Shown: one piece after another, positions 47,900 through 60,799 of the stretch | Numbering within the stretch: position 1 is the stretch's first letter | Layout of the letters: each line of letters begins with the position of its first letter | Origin: Dudresnaya verticillata | Lineage: Eukaryota | NCBI GenBank assembly: GCA_977862235.1 | Contig: OZ374558.1 | Span: 248,001-312,000, forward strand | Direction: 5' to 3' | Length of the DNA: 64,000 bases | Position numbers and translations under genes: made by a program | The notes under the pieces: generated by a model | The model's database searches: none | What the model was told of the DNA's origin: nothing | Seen by the model: only the letters and a program-made list of their open reading frames with translations

Positions 47900-49400
47900 C
47901 TTCGAAATTCGAATTTCTCGATTATTTTCGCGTAGACCACGGAGTCGTTTTGCGCGCAGCGTCTATACCAGACAAACGTTCTGTCTCAATGGAAACGCTC
48001 AGTTCCTTCGGTGCTTCTCTGATACAGGGAGATCATATTCTCTCGTTCGACTGGCGAGATGGGTATCGACATTTTGCTTTTCATCGAAAGATGTGGGATA
48101 TGTTCTTATTCAGATACGATGGGAAGTTTTACAGATGCATAACATTGCCGTTCGGGTGGACACCGCTCGCCTTACTGGTTCTGCCACCTATTGAGCCCAC
48201 TAACCCGGTTCATGCGTTCTGTTTTACATTGCAGGATGCCAACGTGGATAGACGACTACCATTTAATCCCCGGGAAGGGGAAAATACCCAGCAGTACAGA
48301 GGACTGCCAAAGATTATCAGAAAAGCTGGGTTATCTGTTTTTATCTCTTGGGCTAGAGAGACATCCCAAAAAGGGGGTATGGGGACATGGCAGAACCCGG
48401 ATCCAACATCTCGGGGTTATGTTATGTTAGGACACTGAGGCGTCTCTAAATAAATCACACATTTCGATAGATACTCTCGAATTCAGGTACTACATTGTTC
48501 CCGAGAAGCTGCACACATTGAGAGACCTGGCGACATCTCTTCTCCGAAGTGCTGCGAAGTCCAAAAGTTGGGTACGAGAAGATCTGAAAGGAAGCAATCG
48601 AAGACTGGGAAGCTTCCCCGAGCAAAAAAACTTTCCAACAAGGGAAAGCGAGACCTTCGAGCTTGGCAAACTATGCTTTCAGGGGATGGGAGACTCATCT
48701 ATGGCGGGGAGAATCGTGGTCGTTGCATACCGACGCGGCCGATGTCGGGTTCGGGGGGATGTCGGGACAGGATATGCCCCCAGGAGCCAATGGGGTTATC
48801 CAGGTGCAAGTAACATGGTCTCCTTTCCTTCGACTGCTGTCTATTACCTACCGAGAGCTTGTTGTCGTCCGCGAGACTTTGAAGGACGATTTAGTACGAG
48901 CCACATTGTGTGGAATGCCACAAACTGTCCGTCTACATGTGGACAATATGGCGGTTTTCTATATTGTGAACAACATGGTCCCATCCAAACCAGAATTGAT
49001 GGAGAAGTTGCGGCGACTCCACAGCCTCCTCCAGCCCATGCGAATTTCTCTTCGGGCAACTTAAATACCGACGGCGCTGAACCGACACGAAGACCGTCTC
49101 AGCCAAGCATGGGACCCACGTGACCTCGCCGCGGCGCCTTCCTTGCTGAAATCGTTAGAGGTGTCGCTGAAGCTACAGCGCGTACACAGGCACTGACCAC
49201 TGAAGGAGGCACCCGCCGCCCGCGCCGGGTGATTCGAGCTCAGTTCGCAGAAATGTGGGGGACGGTTTTGAGTCGGCTATGGAATCCCCCGCCGAAGTGG
49301 ATCGCCCTCACACTGATCGGTGGTTGCGAAACGCGATCGTGTCCGAGACGGCATCGCGGGGTTTTAGGGAAGGGGCACGTGGTCTTGTCCAGATGTAAAA
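47900..49400 (+). mobile_element. DIRS-like retrotransposon remnant (RT, RNase H, possible methyltransferase motif)
   Basis: SMETL, SFDWRDGYRH, LPFGW, WIDD, IQHLG, LHTDAA..GFGG, ITYREL, VDNMAV, WNPP. Confidence 0.8.
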
Positions 49401-49569
49401 TGATCTGCCAAAATCATCTGAGCTTTCACGAGGTCAATGAAAATAGCAGGCTTGGCAGTTTTGTTTCGGGTTTAGGGCGAACGGGTGGGGATGCCCTTCG
49501 TCTTAGCAGGAGTATTGCCGGTTTCAAGCTGAAGTTGTTTTTAAGCGGTGGATTGTTTTGAGGACATTC

Positions 49570-50700
49570 TGAATGAATAGAGCAGTTCCATTTTCCCTAC
49601 ATGCACGACACGTAGACTTCTTCTTGACTTCAATATCTTCTGATGGAGTCGTGCCAGCAATCCTTTTTCTACGGGGAGACTTCGTAGATCGTAGTGTAAA
49701 ACCGCTACCGGGATTTAAAGTAGGCTTGGAATTTCCTAAGATATCCTTAGTACGGTCTCATGTACGAAAAATAATGGTTGCATCTTAGTACTTGAATGTT
49801 TGTAGAATTTCAGCCGAAGTTCCAACAGCCTCTCGGTCGGCCTGACGCGGTGCTGCTGCAAGGATAGATACACGTTGATTGGAATCTACCTTAGAATTAG
49901 CCAGCCGTAGAAAGGAACATAACGACTCCGGCAATGTTGACTCCGTGGCTATAGCCTTAAAGCGGCTTAAAACAACATCAAAGCCCATTTCAAAAGTTTT
50001 AAAACCTTCTTGGCCATGACGTGTTGTACTTAATAAAGATAAAATGTTCTGGAAGACATCGTTCACAACTGCCGGAGGATCGGTGTTGTGAAGAGGTTTT
50101 GCTATTTCCAAAGCACTATTCGCGTCATGAATAGTTGCAGTATCCAATTTCATAATAATGTCTTGAGATCGACCGTACAGCTGTGCCTGCAGCAAGGTTC
50201 TCTGAAGATCGGAGAAGGAATCTTATTATTATTTCTCTCAGGTAACTTATCATGAAACGTTGGCCATAAATTGACAGCCTTTAGATAACGTTGTCGGTTT
50301 CCACGTCTATCGGTCCAGGGAACATCCTTGATTGTCCAGGAAGATTTAGGACGAGAGGGAAAATCAGCTGGGCCCGTAACTTAATAAAGTGGAGGGAAAC
50401 ACTGTATGAAGAACGAAGATAAGAAAAGAGAAGATAGAATAGTAGATCAAATAGGAAGGTGTAATTGAATGTGTTATAATAGTTCTTCTAATTCTGATGC
50501 CTTAGACCAAGAGTGAGCGAACTATTGAGGATTCTTATAGACCTGCTACTTCTCAGCTTGGGATATTATTCTAGTAGTTCAGAAAGTCTAGAAGACTATA
50601 GACTCTACTATAGTATTAGTGGAAGTCTGATATTTTAGCAATACTGTATTGATCCGATATTGCATGCATATGATGCAATACCTCTAAACAAATATCCATC
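49570..50700 (-). mobile_element. Ty1/Copia 5' remnant (LTR, half-tRNAiMet PBS, gag)
   Basis: Minus-strand AGTTACGGGCCCAG (50368-50381) resembles the copia-type PBS GGTTATGGGCCCAG; gag-like LQAQLYGR..LANSKVDSNQRVSILAAA; TCTAGA-rich LTR. Confidence 0.75.
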
Positions 50701-50924
50701 AACGATACAAGTTAGATACGGCGAGCGTGGTCCCCAACTCCTTCACCATGTCGGTTTGCACCTCAATACGGAGAAACTCCAACACCCTCGGGATGACTAC
50801 CGAAAGTATCCAGTGGACACGGTGGGAGTCACCGGGCTTGGGTACACCCTTGTGGAAGATATCTGTACTATAGCTGTCAGCACACTATCAGCAGCGGCTG
50901 TAAGGTATGCTGGCAGCGCTGCAC

Positions 50925-51638
50925 TGTAATGGTGCACACGATGACGCCCGCTGGCGAGTCGTGGTTGGGCAGCGTGCCCTTAGTTTTTTCGTTGAATTAG
51001 TAGCGGTCGACCGCATTGCTGCCGGCAGCGGCCGCGCGCCGTGCCGCACACGACGCGCCCCTGTGACGCTCTCCGGCATCGAGCCGTTGAGAGGGCCGCT
51101 GCCCGTTACGCCCCGCGCGCGCCCACGGGTAACCGTTACCCGGACGTATCGACACGTGTATGGGCGCGCGCTCGCACACCTCCCGCGTTGGTGTTGTGGG
51201 GCGCACCTACTGTAGAAGTAGTCGTAGTGCACATAGTGTAGGGTATTTAAGACCGTCGGCCATCGACGGCTCAGTAAACCGGGCAAGCAACAGCTCGTGC
51301 TGAAGCTTTCCCCCAGCCTCTTCGGGTTCGATCCCTTTGCCTTACGCCAGCGGGCGGTTTCCCTTTTCCCCTTGCCTCGCTAGGCTTTCCCCTTTCCTTT
51401 TCCTTTCCGTCGGCTTCGTGCCGCCCTTCGACAGGGACGCTGGGATCCGGCCGCTGCCTACCCACGTGCGGTACGCCCCGTGCGCGCTCCGGCATCGACG
51501 CCGTCGATCCGCACCTGCGGGGCGCACGCGGCCGACACCGCTCTACCAACCCCAACAGCGCTACCCATCGACGGGTCTGTGTGGCGGCTTCGGACCAGCA
51601 AATATCAGACGTCGGATCGACCCGACGTCTATACTACA
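50925..51638 (-). repeat. Probable 3' LTR of a minus-strand Gypsy relic
   Basis: TG..CA ends; purine-rich GGGCGGGCTGGGATAT precedes TGTAG on the minus strand. Confidence 0.5.
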
Positions 51639-52374
51639 ATATCCCAGCCCGCCCGGGACCTAGATGGCTTACTGGCTACACCTTTAGGGAATTCTTCGCG
51701 GTTCTCCATACCGGAATTCAGGTCACCAGTGTGGCTATGGCGTGTTCTCATGGCTGGAGCTGTCTCCGGTTTCGGTGGGCTCATGCGGCGTGGTCTCTCA
51801 GTAAAGGGCTCCTATGGGACGGTGTTATCGTCAACACGGCGTGATCTCGTGGTGGACGGCACCTCAGCTGGATCCGATACGGAAGGGTCCACTATTTCTT
51901 CTTTTCTTAGCATACTAAAACAGAATCAAAGATATTTTTCCGTGTCTTTCCAACACACCAATAAGGAGTTATAACGAAGCTGGGATCCTACCGAAGCGGT
52001 GTCCAACGGCGATTTTTCTGCCTTAACGGTCTTCCAGGTCTGGAGACCAAAACGATGTGGTGTAGTGAAGGTCACACCTGTAAGGAAAGGTTATCACGCA
52101 ATCCCAAGAAGGAGTGATGTCACCAAACCGGTGTGGTAGAGCTTAGTTCGTAAAACGAATGGAGCATCAAAAGCGGCACCGTCTGTAAGGAGTAGAAGAA
52201 GGCGAAGAACAAGGGGATGGTACAATAGCAGGACAGCTGCACCGAGACGGGGGTAAAAGGAATTATTGCACAGGGCTGGCTCGGGGAAATCGTGACGGAA
52301 TACTAGGGCAAATATTACGGTAAAGGACTTTTCCAGGGGTGCCTCCCCATTTACGGTAGGGTCCGGGCTGGCCA

Positions 52375-52546
52375 TGCATTAATACAGTGTGAAGTGTGCG
52401 CGGCAGCTGGTTCGTGTGGGCCAGACCGGGATGGGTCTGGTTCAGCAGGTAGCTTCGGCCCTACTGGTCCCGGTTAGTGTTGCGGACCTGTTCGGCCTTC
52501 TTATTGGCCGTCATTACACACCTTACTGTACAAAAAGCATTACAGT
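52375..52546 (+). repeat. Left part of a ~360-bp repeat split by the Helitron
   Basis: Aligns with the reverse complement of ~62309-62480. Confidence 0.85.
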
Positions 52547-52717
52547 TCTCCCCATAGTAATGATTAGTCAGTGTACGAGGCCCCTCGAGGGCTTCGTACA
52601 CGTAAAAAATTACAAAAAAAACATCCGCCCGCCATTACCATCCCTTGCCGCCAAACCTATTTCTACGCACGCCTAAAAATATTACCAGTTCACCCTTTTA
52701 CGCCCAATAGAAAAATT

Positions 52718-52753
<36 letters not shown>

Positions 52754-52845
52754 CAGCAGCAGCATTAGCAGCATCAGCAGCATCAGCAGCAGCAGCAGCA
52801 GCAGCAGCATCAGCAGCAGCAGCATCAGCAGCAGCAGCAGCAGCA
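52718..52845 (+). repeat. (CAG/CAT)n tract in the Helitron 5' region
   Basis: ~42 triplets. Confidence 0.95.
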
Positions 52846-53507
52846 AAGCTGCAACCCCATTGGCTGACCGCCAAGCCGCGCCACCCGATTGGCTGCATTT
52901 TGCCGCAACGCGCGCGCATTGGTGCGCTCCGATTTTCTGACAGTAAATTGACAGACGCGCCGCCGCGCTACAGTGATACGATCTTACAGTCCCGCCGTGC
53001 GCCTCCATTCTTAATTTATGTGATTAAAACCGCACCTGTCCTAGGGGCCTAGAAAGCTACTTTACATAATTAAATTGGTACTGTAGTGCTCATCCGAAGT
53101 GAGCTCGCCGTGATCTCGCTGAGGCCGTGTAAATCGCAAACTACAGAGCCATATCAGCGGCGGCGGGGAACGCTCCCGCACGACTCCTCCCCCCTCCCTC
53201 TACGCGAGCGCACAAGCACGGGTGGAAGCCCGGGGCAGGTAAGCTGAGTTGTGGCGAGAGCAGACCCCTTCGCAACGGGTACAGATCCTGCTTGATTCCC
53301 GTCGTCGCTGCCCCGAGTGGTAGCGGCGCGCCCTGGGAGGGCGGGAGGGTTCAACCGGTTATCCGTGGTGGGCGCAGTTCAGAGCGGTGCGAGAGCGCGA
53401 ACAGGCAAACCGGCGACGCAGCGACCCGAATCCAGATCTAGCGACGCGAATCCAGATCCAGCGACGCGCGACAGTTTTTAATTTAGTGCATAGGGCATTT
53501 AAGGTAG

Positions 53508-53571
53508 GAAAAGAAAAAAGAAAAAGAAAAAGAAAAAGAAAAAGAAAAAGAAAACAAAAACAAAAACAAAA
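53508..53571 (+). repeat. (AAAAAG)n/(AAAAAC)n tract
   Basis: Direct reading. Confidence 0.9.
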
Positions 53572-54372
53572 TCGATAGTTGCCTAATTAGACTCTGCCCG
53601 CACGCGCAAAAATAAATCATAAGTCAAAAAAGACTTAAGAAAAAATCGCATTGCTGTCCGCGTCCTGGATCGGGCTCTGAAAAATCGTCGTCGGTTGCGT
53701 ACTAGCGCTAACCTTTTTTTGCGGTTTCAGTTTCGCTTTGGTGACGGACCCCTGGTAACCATCGCGACCAATCGTCTGCTAGTGCAAGCCCCACAGATTA
53801 TGACTCGGGGGGCGGAAATTCGGCAACTCTGAGTACCCTTTGCGTTGAGCCTATTGGTTCCGCGAGGCGAAAGGACGACCCGTTTGCTTTGGACAGTGCT
53901 TCGGCAGCCCTGTCTAAGTGCGTCTCTTTGGAGGGCAGACGTGTAACGGCAACACCACTCCGGTGTTGTCGGTTAAAGAAGCATATCTCTCCCCCGCTGT
54001 CGGGCCCTAGGGGGAGTAAGGCAAGGAGCCCTTGGGTATTTTGCGGTGGAACCACCAACGTCAGGGTATCCACACGTTGCCCTGGGGAGCGCAGGACGGT
54101 TCTGGGTGCACAAAGGTTACACTTTGTGTACTTGACGTACGTATTGACCTGCGCCAAAGGAGAAGGCAGAAGAGAGAAGGCAGAAGGTATAAGGCAGAAG
54201 ACAGTCCGGTGTGCCCAAAATCAACGGTGCGGCGCGCCGTGCTTAAGTGGAAATCAGTGCGGAGCTCGCAGAGGCAGCATTATAGTCTGCGCAGCGCGTC
54301 TTACTTAAACCAAGGGGGACACAAGTTAAGGGAGTTAGAAGAGGGAAGCAGGGAAGACTCCAAGAGCAAGCG

Positions 54373-57300
54373 GTGGTCAAGATGGTTCGCGGAGGCCCCA
54401 GACCCAACTCTGGGGGTCCGCGTCCTAACTCTGGTGGTGCCCGTGCCAACTCTGGTGGCGCCCGTGCCAACTCTGGTGGCGCCCGTGCCAATGCTGGTGG
54501 CGCCCGTGCCAACGCTGGTGGCGCCCGTGCCAACGCTGGTGGCGCTCGTGCCAACTCCGGTGGTGCCCGTCCAAGTACTGGAGGTCCACGTCCAAATGCT
54601 GGTGGCTCACGTGAGAACGCAGGAGGCCCGCGCCCGAATGCCGGAGGGTCACGTCAGCACGCCGGGGGGTCGCGCCCGAATACAGGAGGTCCGCGTGAAA
54701 ACGCAGGAGGACCGCGTGATAACGCAGGAGGATCACGTCCGAACACAGGAGGCCCACGTCAGAACGCAGGTGGGCCGCGTGAAAATGCGGGGGGGTCGCG
54801 GTTGAATACAGGAGGTCCACGGGAGAACGCAGCAGGACCGCGACAGAACGCAGGAGGCCGACGTGAAAATTCAGGCCGTGTTCGAACCAATGCGGGAGGA
54901 TCACGATCAAACGCAGGAGGAGCACGGTCCAATGCAGGGGGAGCACGATCGAACGCAGGAGGAGCACGGTCGAATGCAGGAGGGGCACGGTCGAATGCAG
55001 GGGGGGCACGTCGAGGGGCCGGGAGACCGAGGAGAAGGACGATTCCAGAGCTGGACCAAGGAAGTGTTGCGGAACAAGGGGAGCACGTACCCGTCGGGCC
55101 GGCCGTTGAAAGCGTTGAGCCGAACATAGCACAGTCCGTTCCTGGGAGCACTGACAGGACGATGATGTCAGAGGTTGGGAAGGTGGAACGTGGGCTATTT
55201 AAAGTCTACTACGCATTCGATAGCCGAGCTGAAGAAGCAAAGGAGCAAGACGTAGTTCCGTCGGACTTTGACTATCCAAGGGATACAAGGAGAAGGTGTT
55301 CGAAGTGCGGAGATCCGACTCACAATTCACGACGTTGTCCGCTGAAGGGATGGGTACTGTACATCAGCACTTGCAAGTAATGTGGCAGTATGCTCGTCGG
55401 AAAAGAAAGCGACGGAATGTGCTGTGGGAAGAGGAGTACTTCAGGATGGGGTGTGACGTTTCGAAGGAGGCATTTGTCGAGTCAGCTGAAGGAAATGTAC
55501 AAGATGCGGGCGTTCCGTACGATGTCAGTGCAGCTGAACACACTGTTTGCGACGTGTTTGTCATTTATGGATCTTAAGTTCATGCCGTCCGGTGGACCGT
55601 CGTTCATGAAGCTGTTCGGCAACGCAGCGACCGCTGTACCGAGACGTGACGCGCGCTACACTTTTCTGTGGTCCAATGACGCCCCGAGTTTGAGAGAGGG
55701 AGACCAGAGGTCAAGGCTGTTGCGAGAAGCAGTTCGCAACAGCAATGTACGCGCCATGGTTCCTGTACTGTACGACAAACTACTGCCTCCCCCACGCATT
55801 ATGCGTGAAAGGTACCGAACACTGGTTTCGGGAACTGATCGTGCACGAGGCGCGGGAAGTTCAGCTCAAGGCCAAGCATTGGCAGTCGATACTGTAGAAG
55901 TGAATGACCAAGTTGCAAACGACGGTGCGGTTGTGGAAAACTATCGTGGAAGGCAGGTTGGTGAGGTACAAGCTGTGACAGGAGTTGGACCGCTGCCACA
56001 AGACCAAGCAGGAGTTCCGACGCACCTCCTAAGTTGCACGGTTGAACCTTCTGGTCTATACCGATCCGATCAGCCAGTCGTGCAGTTGGTTGGCAATGCT
56101 GACATTGAACCGGATCACCAACGTGGAACACATGTTGTGAAGTATCGTACACTTAACGTGGGCTCGAAGATAGCGGAGGTGGGCGCGTTCCCGTTACTGT
56201 ATCCGTGCGGAGATGAACATGAGCCGTTTGACTTGGCACGGTTCATTCAAGCAAAGTCAGATAACACTGAACCGTCGAGTACGAGAGAAGCGAATAAGAA
56301 GAAGCTCCAGAAGCTCAATTGGGCGGCAAACGTCAAGCGCCGCCTGTACACGGACAATATTCTACAGGAGAGCGGTACACTATTCCAGGTCTGGCTACTG
56401 CGAACTGCTACTAACATCGAGGACCAGCGACTCAAGTTCTTGGAGCGGGAGCAGACATCAAGGATCGTAGAGGAGAGGGAGCTACAGGAAACTGTAATGG
56501 ATGACGACGACACGTATCGTATTGGGAGACTGTTCCTTCCGGATAACCACGTGAACTCAGCGTCATATTGGAAAGGGAAGCTCCTGGACGTACAAGCTAT
56601 GGTCGCTAGGAGGCATGTCCCTTCTCTGCTCGTGACTGTGACAATGAATCCGTGGCGTGAGGAGATGGGCAGACTGGGTTTGGACATAGATCATCGAAGT
56701 ACGTTCCAGCCTCATGACCGTTGACCACGTGTGTTTGATCGTCCCGATATCACGGCAAGAGTCTACAACCAGTTCGCCAACGATGTCATGAGGGAGATTG
56801 AGTCCAACTCGGAGGAATACTTTGGACGCCGTTGTATCGGAATCGCTTCCAAGTTGGAGTTTCAGGAACGTAACACGCCACACAACCACATACTAGTGTT
56901 CCTAGAGGGTGGCCTGCTGGAAGACTTGGACGAGATTGACGGGATTATCAGTGCGGAGTTGCCTTTGGCGTCCGAGGATCCAGAGCTCCGGGAACTGGTG
57001 ATGCGTTTCAACAGACACCGGCACTCTCCGTACTGTAGAGGGCGTACTCGTAATGGAAGGTGTCGTTTTGGATACGACCAGACTGCAGTGACGCCGACAA
57101 CCTACATGGATGAGACCTGCAATCGCGTGGTGTACCGCAGAAGGAAAGAGGAAGATCTGAAAGTAGTCCCGTACAATGCCAAGTTGACAAGGAGGTATCG
57201 TTGCCACATCAACGTGGAACGGACCCAGGGAGGAGGGGCAGTCGCGTACCTGATGAAGTACACATTCAAGCCACCGAAACTTCAAGACGTGGAGATTCAA

Positions 57301-59814
57301 ACGGAGCCAGAGAGGCAGGGCACCCGGAACCCAGCAAGGGACAACATTCGCAACGACATCCGCCTACACATGCGTGCGAGAGTGAGTGGCTCCGTTGAGG
57401 CAGCTTGGTCGTTACTCGAGTTCAGGCATGTCAAGTTGAATCCACCGGTGACAGCCTACCCGGTGCACTTGGAGGGAGAGCGCCACATTGTCATCAGGAA
57501 CCCCAACCTTTCGCGGGGACCGGGACAGCTAGGCGACTCACCGCTGCTGCGCTACTTCAAGCGTCCGTCACAGTACAGGTCGAAAACATTTCTCGACTAC
57601 ATGGAAGGCTTCAAGCTGTACAAGACGCTTCCGAGGAGTATGCAGTCGAGGAGTCAGGATATTCCAAGAGACGACGGCTCGCCTGGAAACTATGTCGTCA
57701 AAAGGGGCTCGGATGAAGACTCGGTGGCACGCATCCGCTTCGTTTCCCCAGCAAACGTCGAGCTGTTCGCGCTTCGGACAATTCTGATTCACAGGCCGAT
57801 CTCATCCTTTGCGCAAGCCAAAGGCTTTGAAGGGCGTAACTACGGCTCCTTCCGCGATGTTGCAGTGGAAATGGGACTGTATGCGGATGGAAACGAGTAC
57901 GACAGATCCTTTGACGAGGCAGTAAGTATGCATTCGACACCTTCAAGTCTGCGCTTCATGATCGTGACTCTGTACCAGCAAGGAGGAAATCCAGAACGCA
58001 TGCTCCACAGACACTCAGAGTACTTGATGTCAGACATTCACCTCGGATCTACGTCGCAGAAGAAGGCAGAGTTGATGCGCAGACTGATTGAGATATCAGA
58101 TCGCCATGGAGGGAACCTCCTGCGACAGCATCGAGCCTTCCGCTCCTTTGTTACCTCACAGCATAGGTCAACGGAAGTGGAGAGGGTACAGAGTGAGATA
58201 CAGCAAGCGTCGTCGTCGGCAAGCTCACGAGAAGCGGTAGAAGACAAGTACAGGACGTTGAACTCACAGCAGAAGCGAGTGTTCGATAAGATCATGTCTG
58301 TCATGTTGGACCGTCGCCGAGAAGACCCACTGGCTACGGATGGAAAGGTGTTCTTCCTACAGGGCCATGCAGGGACAGGGAAGACATACCTTCTGTCTTT
58401 GCTTCGGGATATGGCGGAGTGCAGGGGAATGCATGTGGAAATCACCGCTACTACAGGAATTGCAGCGTCTCTATACCGTGGTGGTCGCACACTGCACAGT
58501 CTCCTTGGACTGGGCGTTGACGACAAGGAAAGTTCTGAACGACACGCCAAGCTTTCCAAATACGGTCCACGATCTCAGAGGGCAGCGATGATTCGGAACA
58601 TGTCACTTCTTATCGTAGATGAGGCCTCTATGATGCAAAGAGTGCTATTTGAGCACGTGGATGCCATCCTCAAAGACTTGCGAGTGCGACCGGAAGCTCA
58701 TCGTGGAAACGGAGGCAGTAGCAATGCCTCGAATAGCTCGGGGTCACGTTCAGACAAGCCGCTCTTCGGTGGGTTAAGCATCGTATTTGCAGGCGACTAC
58801 CTTCAGTTGTTGCCAGTTGTTCCGTCGCGGAGGCTTCAAGAAGACGAGCATGGGAACAAAGAATACGTCAACGTGTCCTTACTAGACGAACTACCTTGGG
58901 CATCCTCACTCTGGCAGGCTGTGAAGGTGCTCCGCATTACTCAACAAGTTCGTCAGGCAGAAGATCAGAGATTCAGCCGGCTGCTCATGTCAATCGCTAC
59001 TGGAAGGTTTCCTACAACAAGCAAGCTTCCACTGTCTTCGACGGGGAACATACAAGCTTCGTACGAACTTCTATGGAAGTGGGCAGTAACACAAAACCCT
59101 GCACACGTCGAACTTAACCGTATGATTGTGTGCCCGACAAATGCACTGGTCGACGAGCATAACACAGAGTGCTTGGAACGCTTCCCGGGCAGTTCGTTCT
59201 CTCTGCGTTCCGCCACAAGTATCGTTCCAATCCGCGGCCGTAACAGAGATGGAAACCCAGTCGGGAACACCATCGTTCCAGAGATGACCTACCGCTACAT
59301 GCCGACTGGGGTTCCTCCGCACGAATTGAAACTGAAGTTGGGTGTCCCGGTAATGGTAATACGGAATGTTCTACACCCGCACATTGTTAACGGTGCAATG
59401 TTCGTCGTCAAGCGCTACAGTAGAAGAATGGTTTACGTGGCCAAGCTGAACGAAAGCGGGGATAGGGAGGAAGTGGAAACTTACGCGCTACACCGTATCG
59501 ACTTCCAGTTTGACTTCCACGGCGTTCGAGTTACCCGCAGGCAGTTTCCGCTTCGTCTAGAATTTAGTGCTACAGTGCACAAGGCACAAGGCCAAACGTT
59601 GCGCAAGATGATTGTGGACTTGCGATCCAACTTCTTCTCTCCGGGTCAGCTCTATGTCGCCCTGTCTCGCGTTAAGAAATCGAATGACGTCCATCTCCTG
59701 CACAACGAAGAAGACCACCCATCCAGCACCGACCACCCCTTCCACAACATGCCAGTAGTGGTTGGAAATCCATTTCTACCTGAAGCAGTCACGTTTGTGG
59801 AACAACGTCACTGA
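54373..59814 (+). pseudogene. Helitron Rep/Pif1 helicase (~1813 codons, in-frame stops at 55378 and 56722)
   Basis: CSKC..H..C knuckle; VTVTMNPW; HUH EFQERNTPHNHIL; YLMKY; GHAGTGKT, DEASM, GDYLQLLPV, QFPL..TVHKAQGQT, GQLYVALSRV; all three ORFs share one frame. Confidence 0.95.
54388..55012 (+). repeat. Coding 21-bp repeat (GG[APS]RxN[AST]) x ~30
   Basis: N-terminus of RepHel. Confidence 0.92.
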
Positions 59815-60096
59815 CATTAAGTGGTTTTGCTGCTTTTACTCTTTGTCCTTTTTTTCATCGGCCTCTTAAAGGCCTTGAAGTTTTTCTGGCGGCCTCTTAA
59901 AGGCCTTGATTTTCTAGAAGCCTCTTAAAGGCCCTCAAGTCTCTTTTCTGCATTCAATCGTCTTGAAAATATCTCTCAAGACTTTTCACTTCTGCTTCCG
60001 ACACACAATCCTACCTTTAACTCAGCAGTACAATGCGGCACCAGAACGTCAGAGACGGCACATCGCGGCGCGCCGCGCCGCGATGTCTTCCCTTGT

Positions 60097-60279
60097 TTAC
60101 CTTATAGTAAGATTTTGTAGGGGTATGACCGTCCAAAGGGTAGTATTAGCCCGGCCACGTCTCGAAAAATAAACAAAATTCTATATCGATGCGCCAACAA
60201 ATCCACTTGGCGCCACAATAGTTTCTACGCATCCGAAATTATATCTAAAATACACGGCCGCAGCGCCAATGAAAAAAAT

Positions 60280-60315
<36 letters not shown>

Positions 60316-60543
60316 CAGCAATGCTCACCATTGATTGGCTGGATGGTGCTCCTTACAGCCGACACCTTTGCTGTGCGCCTGATTTCTTAATTTGGTCCTT
60401 TACTTTTGTGCGCGCGCCACCGCCGTTACACCCCGCGCCGAAGGCGCGGGGCTTATCATACCAGCACTCAGTGCCGTCCCGCGCCGAAGGCGCGGGGTCT
60501 AGCGGCGCGCAGCGCCGCCCCCGCCGAAGGCGGTTCGACTTGT
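60097..60543 (+). mobile_element. Non-autonomous Helitron-like unit
   Basis: 5' part homologous to 52547-52970 including a CAG tract (60280-60320); CGCCGAAGGCG hairpins then CTTGT. Confidence 0.75.
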
Positions 60544-60735
60544 TACCTTATTAAGATTAAATCAACTACTTGGCTCCGAGTGTTGGGTGTCGCAGGCGCC
60601 AGCACAGTGTACAGCGTTACTGCTCCACTCCATCCCGCTATGGGGTTTGGCCCGAGCTCGCCAGGGCGCGCATTCCCGAAAGTCGTGTGCCAGTTTACTC
60701 TTCATGGAGCCCTCGCAGCGGCCACTTCACCACAC
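60544..60735 (+). repeat. Right part of the split ~360-bp repeat
   Basis: Aligns with the reverse complement of ~62115-62308. Confidence 0.85.
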
Positions 60736-60799
60736 TCGCAATTAATCCATTAGTTTGCGGCTAACAGGGACTGGTGAGGACTTTCCGGGTGCCGATGTG

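Larger units (their letters stand above)
52547..60096 (+). mobile_element. Autonomous-type Helitron
   Basis: 5' TC start, RepHel ORF, perfect 12-bp hairpin 60060-60086 followed by CTTGT, no TSD. Confidence 0.88.

Noticed and set aside
52571..53008. PolyQ/polyA/polyL ORFs
   Set aside because: Translations of the CAG tract in the Helitron's non-coding 5' region.
53578..53590. AGTTGCCTAATTA match to the Helitron target motif
   Set aside because: Only 13 bp, with no supporting hairpin or terminus nearby; may be chance.
54032..55151. Alternative-frame repeat ORFs (VAPVPTL etc.)
   Set aside because: Frame shadows of the 21-bp repeat; only the GGxRxN frame is continuous with RepHel.
11337..56724. 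Alternative genetic code or stop read-through explaining the many in-frame stops
   Set aside because: Stops are of all three types, replace different expected residues and co-occur with frameshifts, consistent with ordinary decay.
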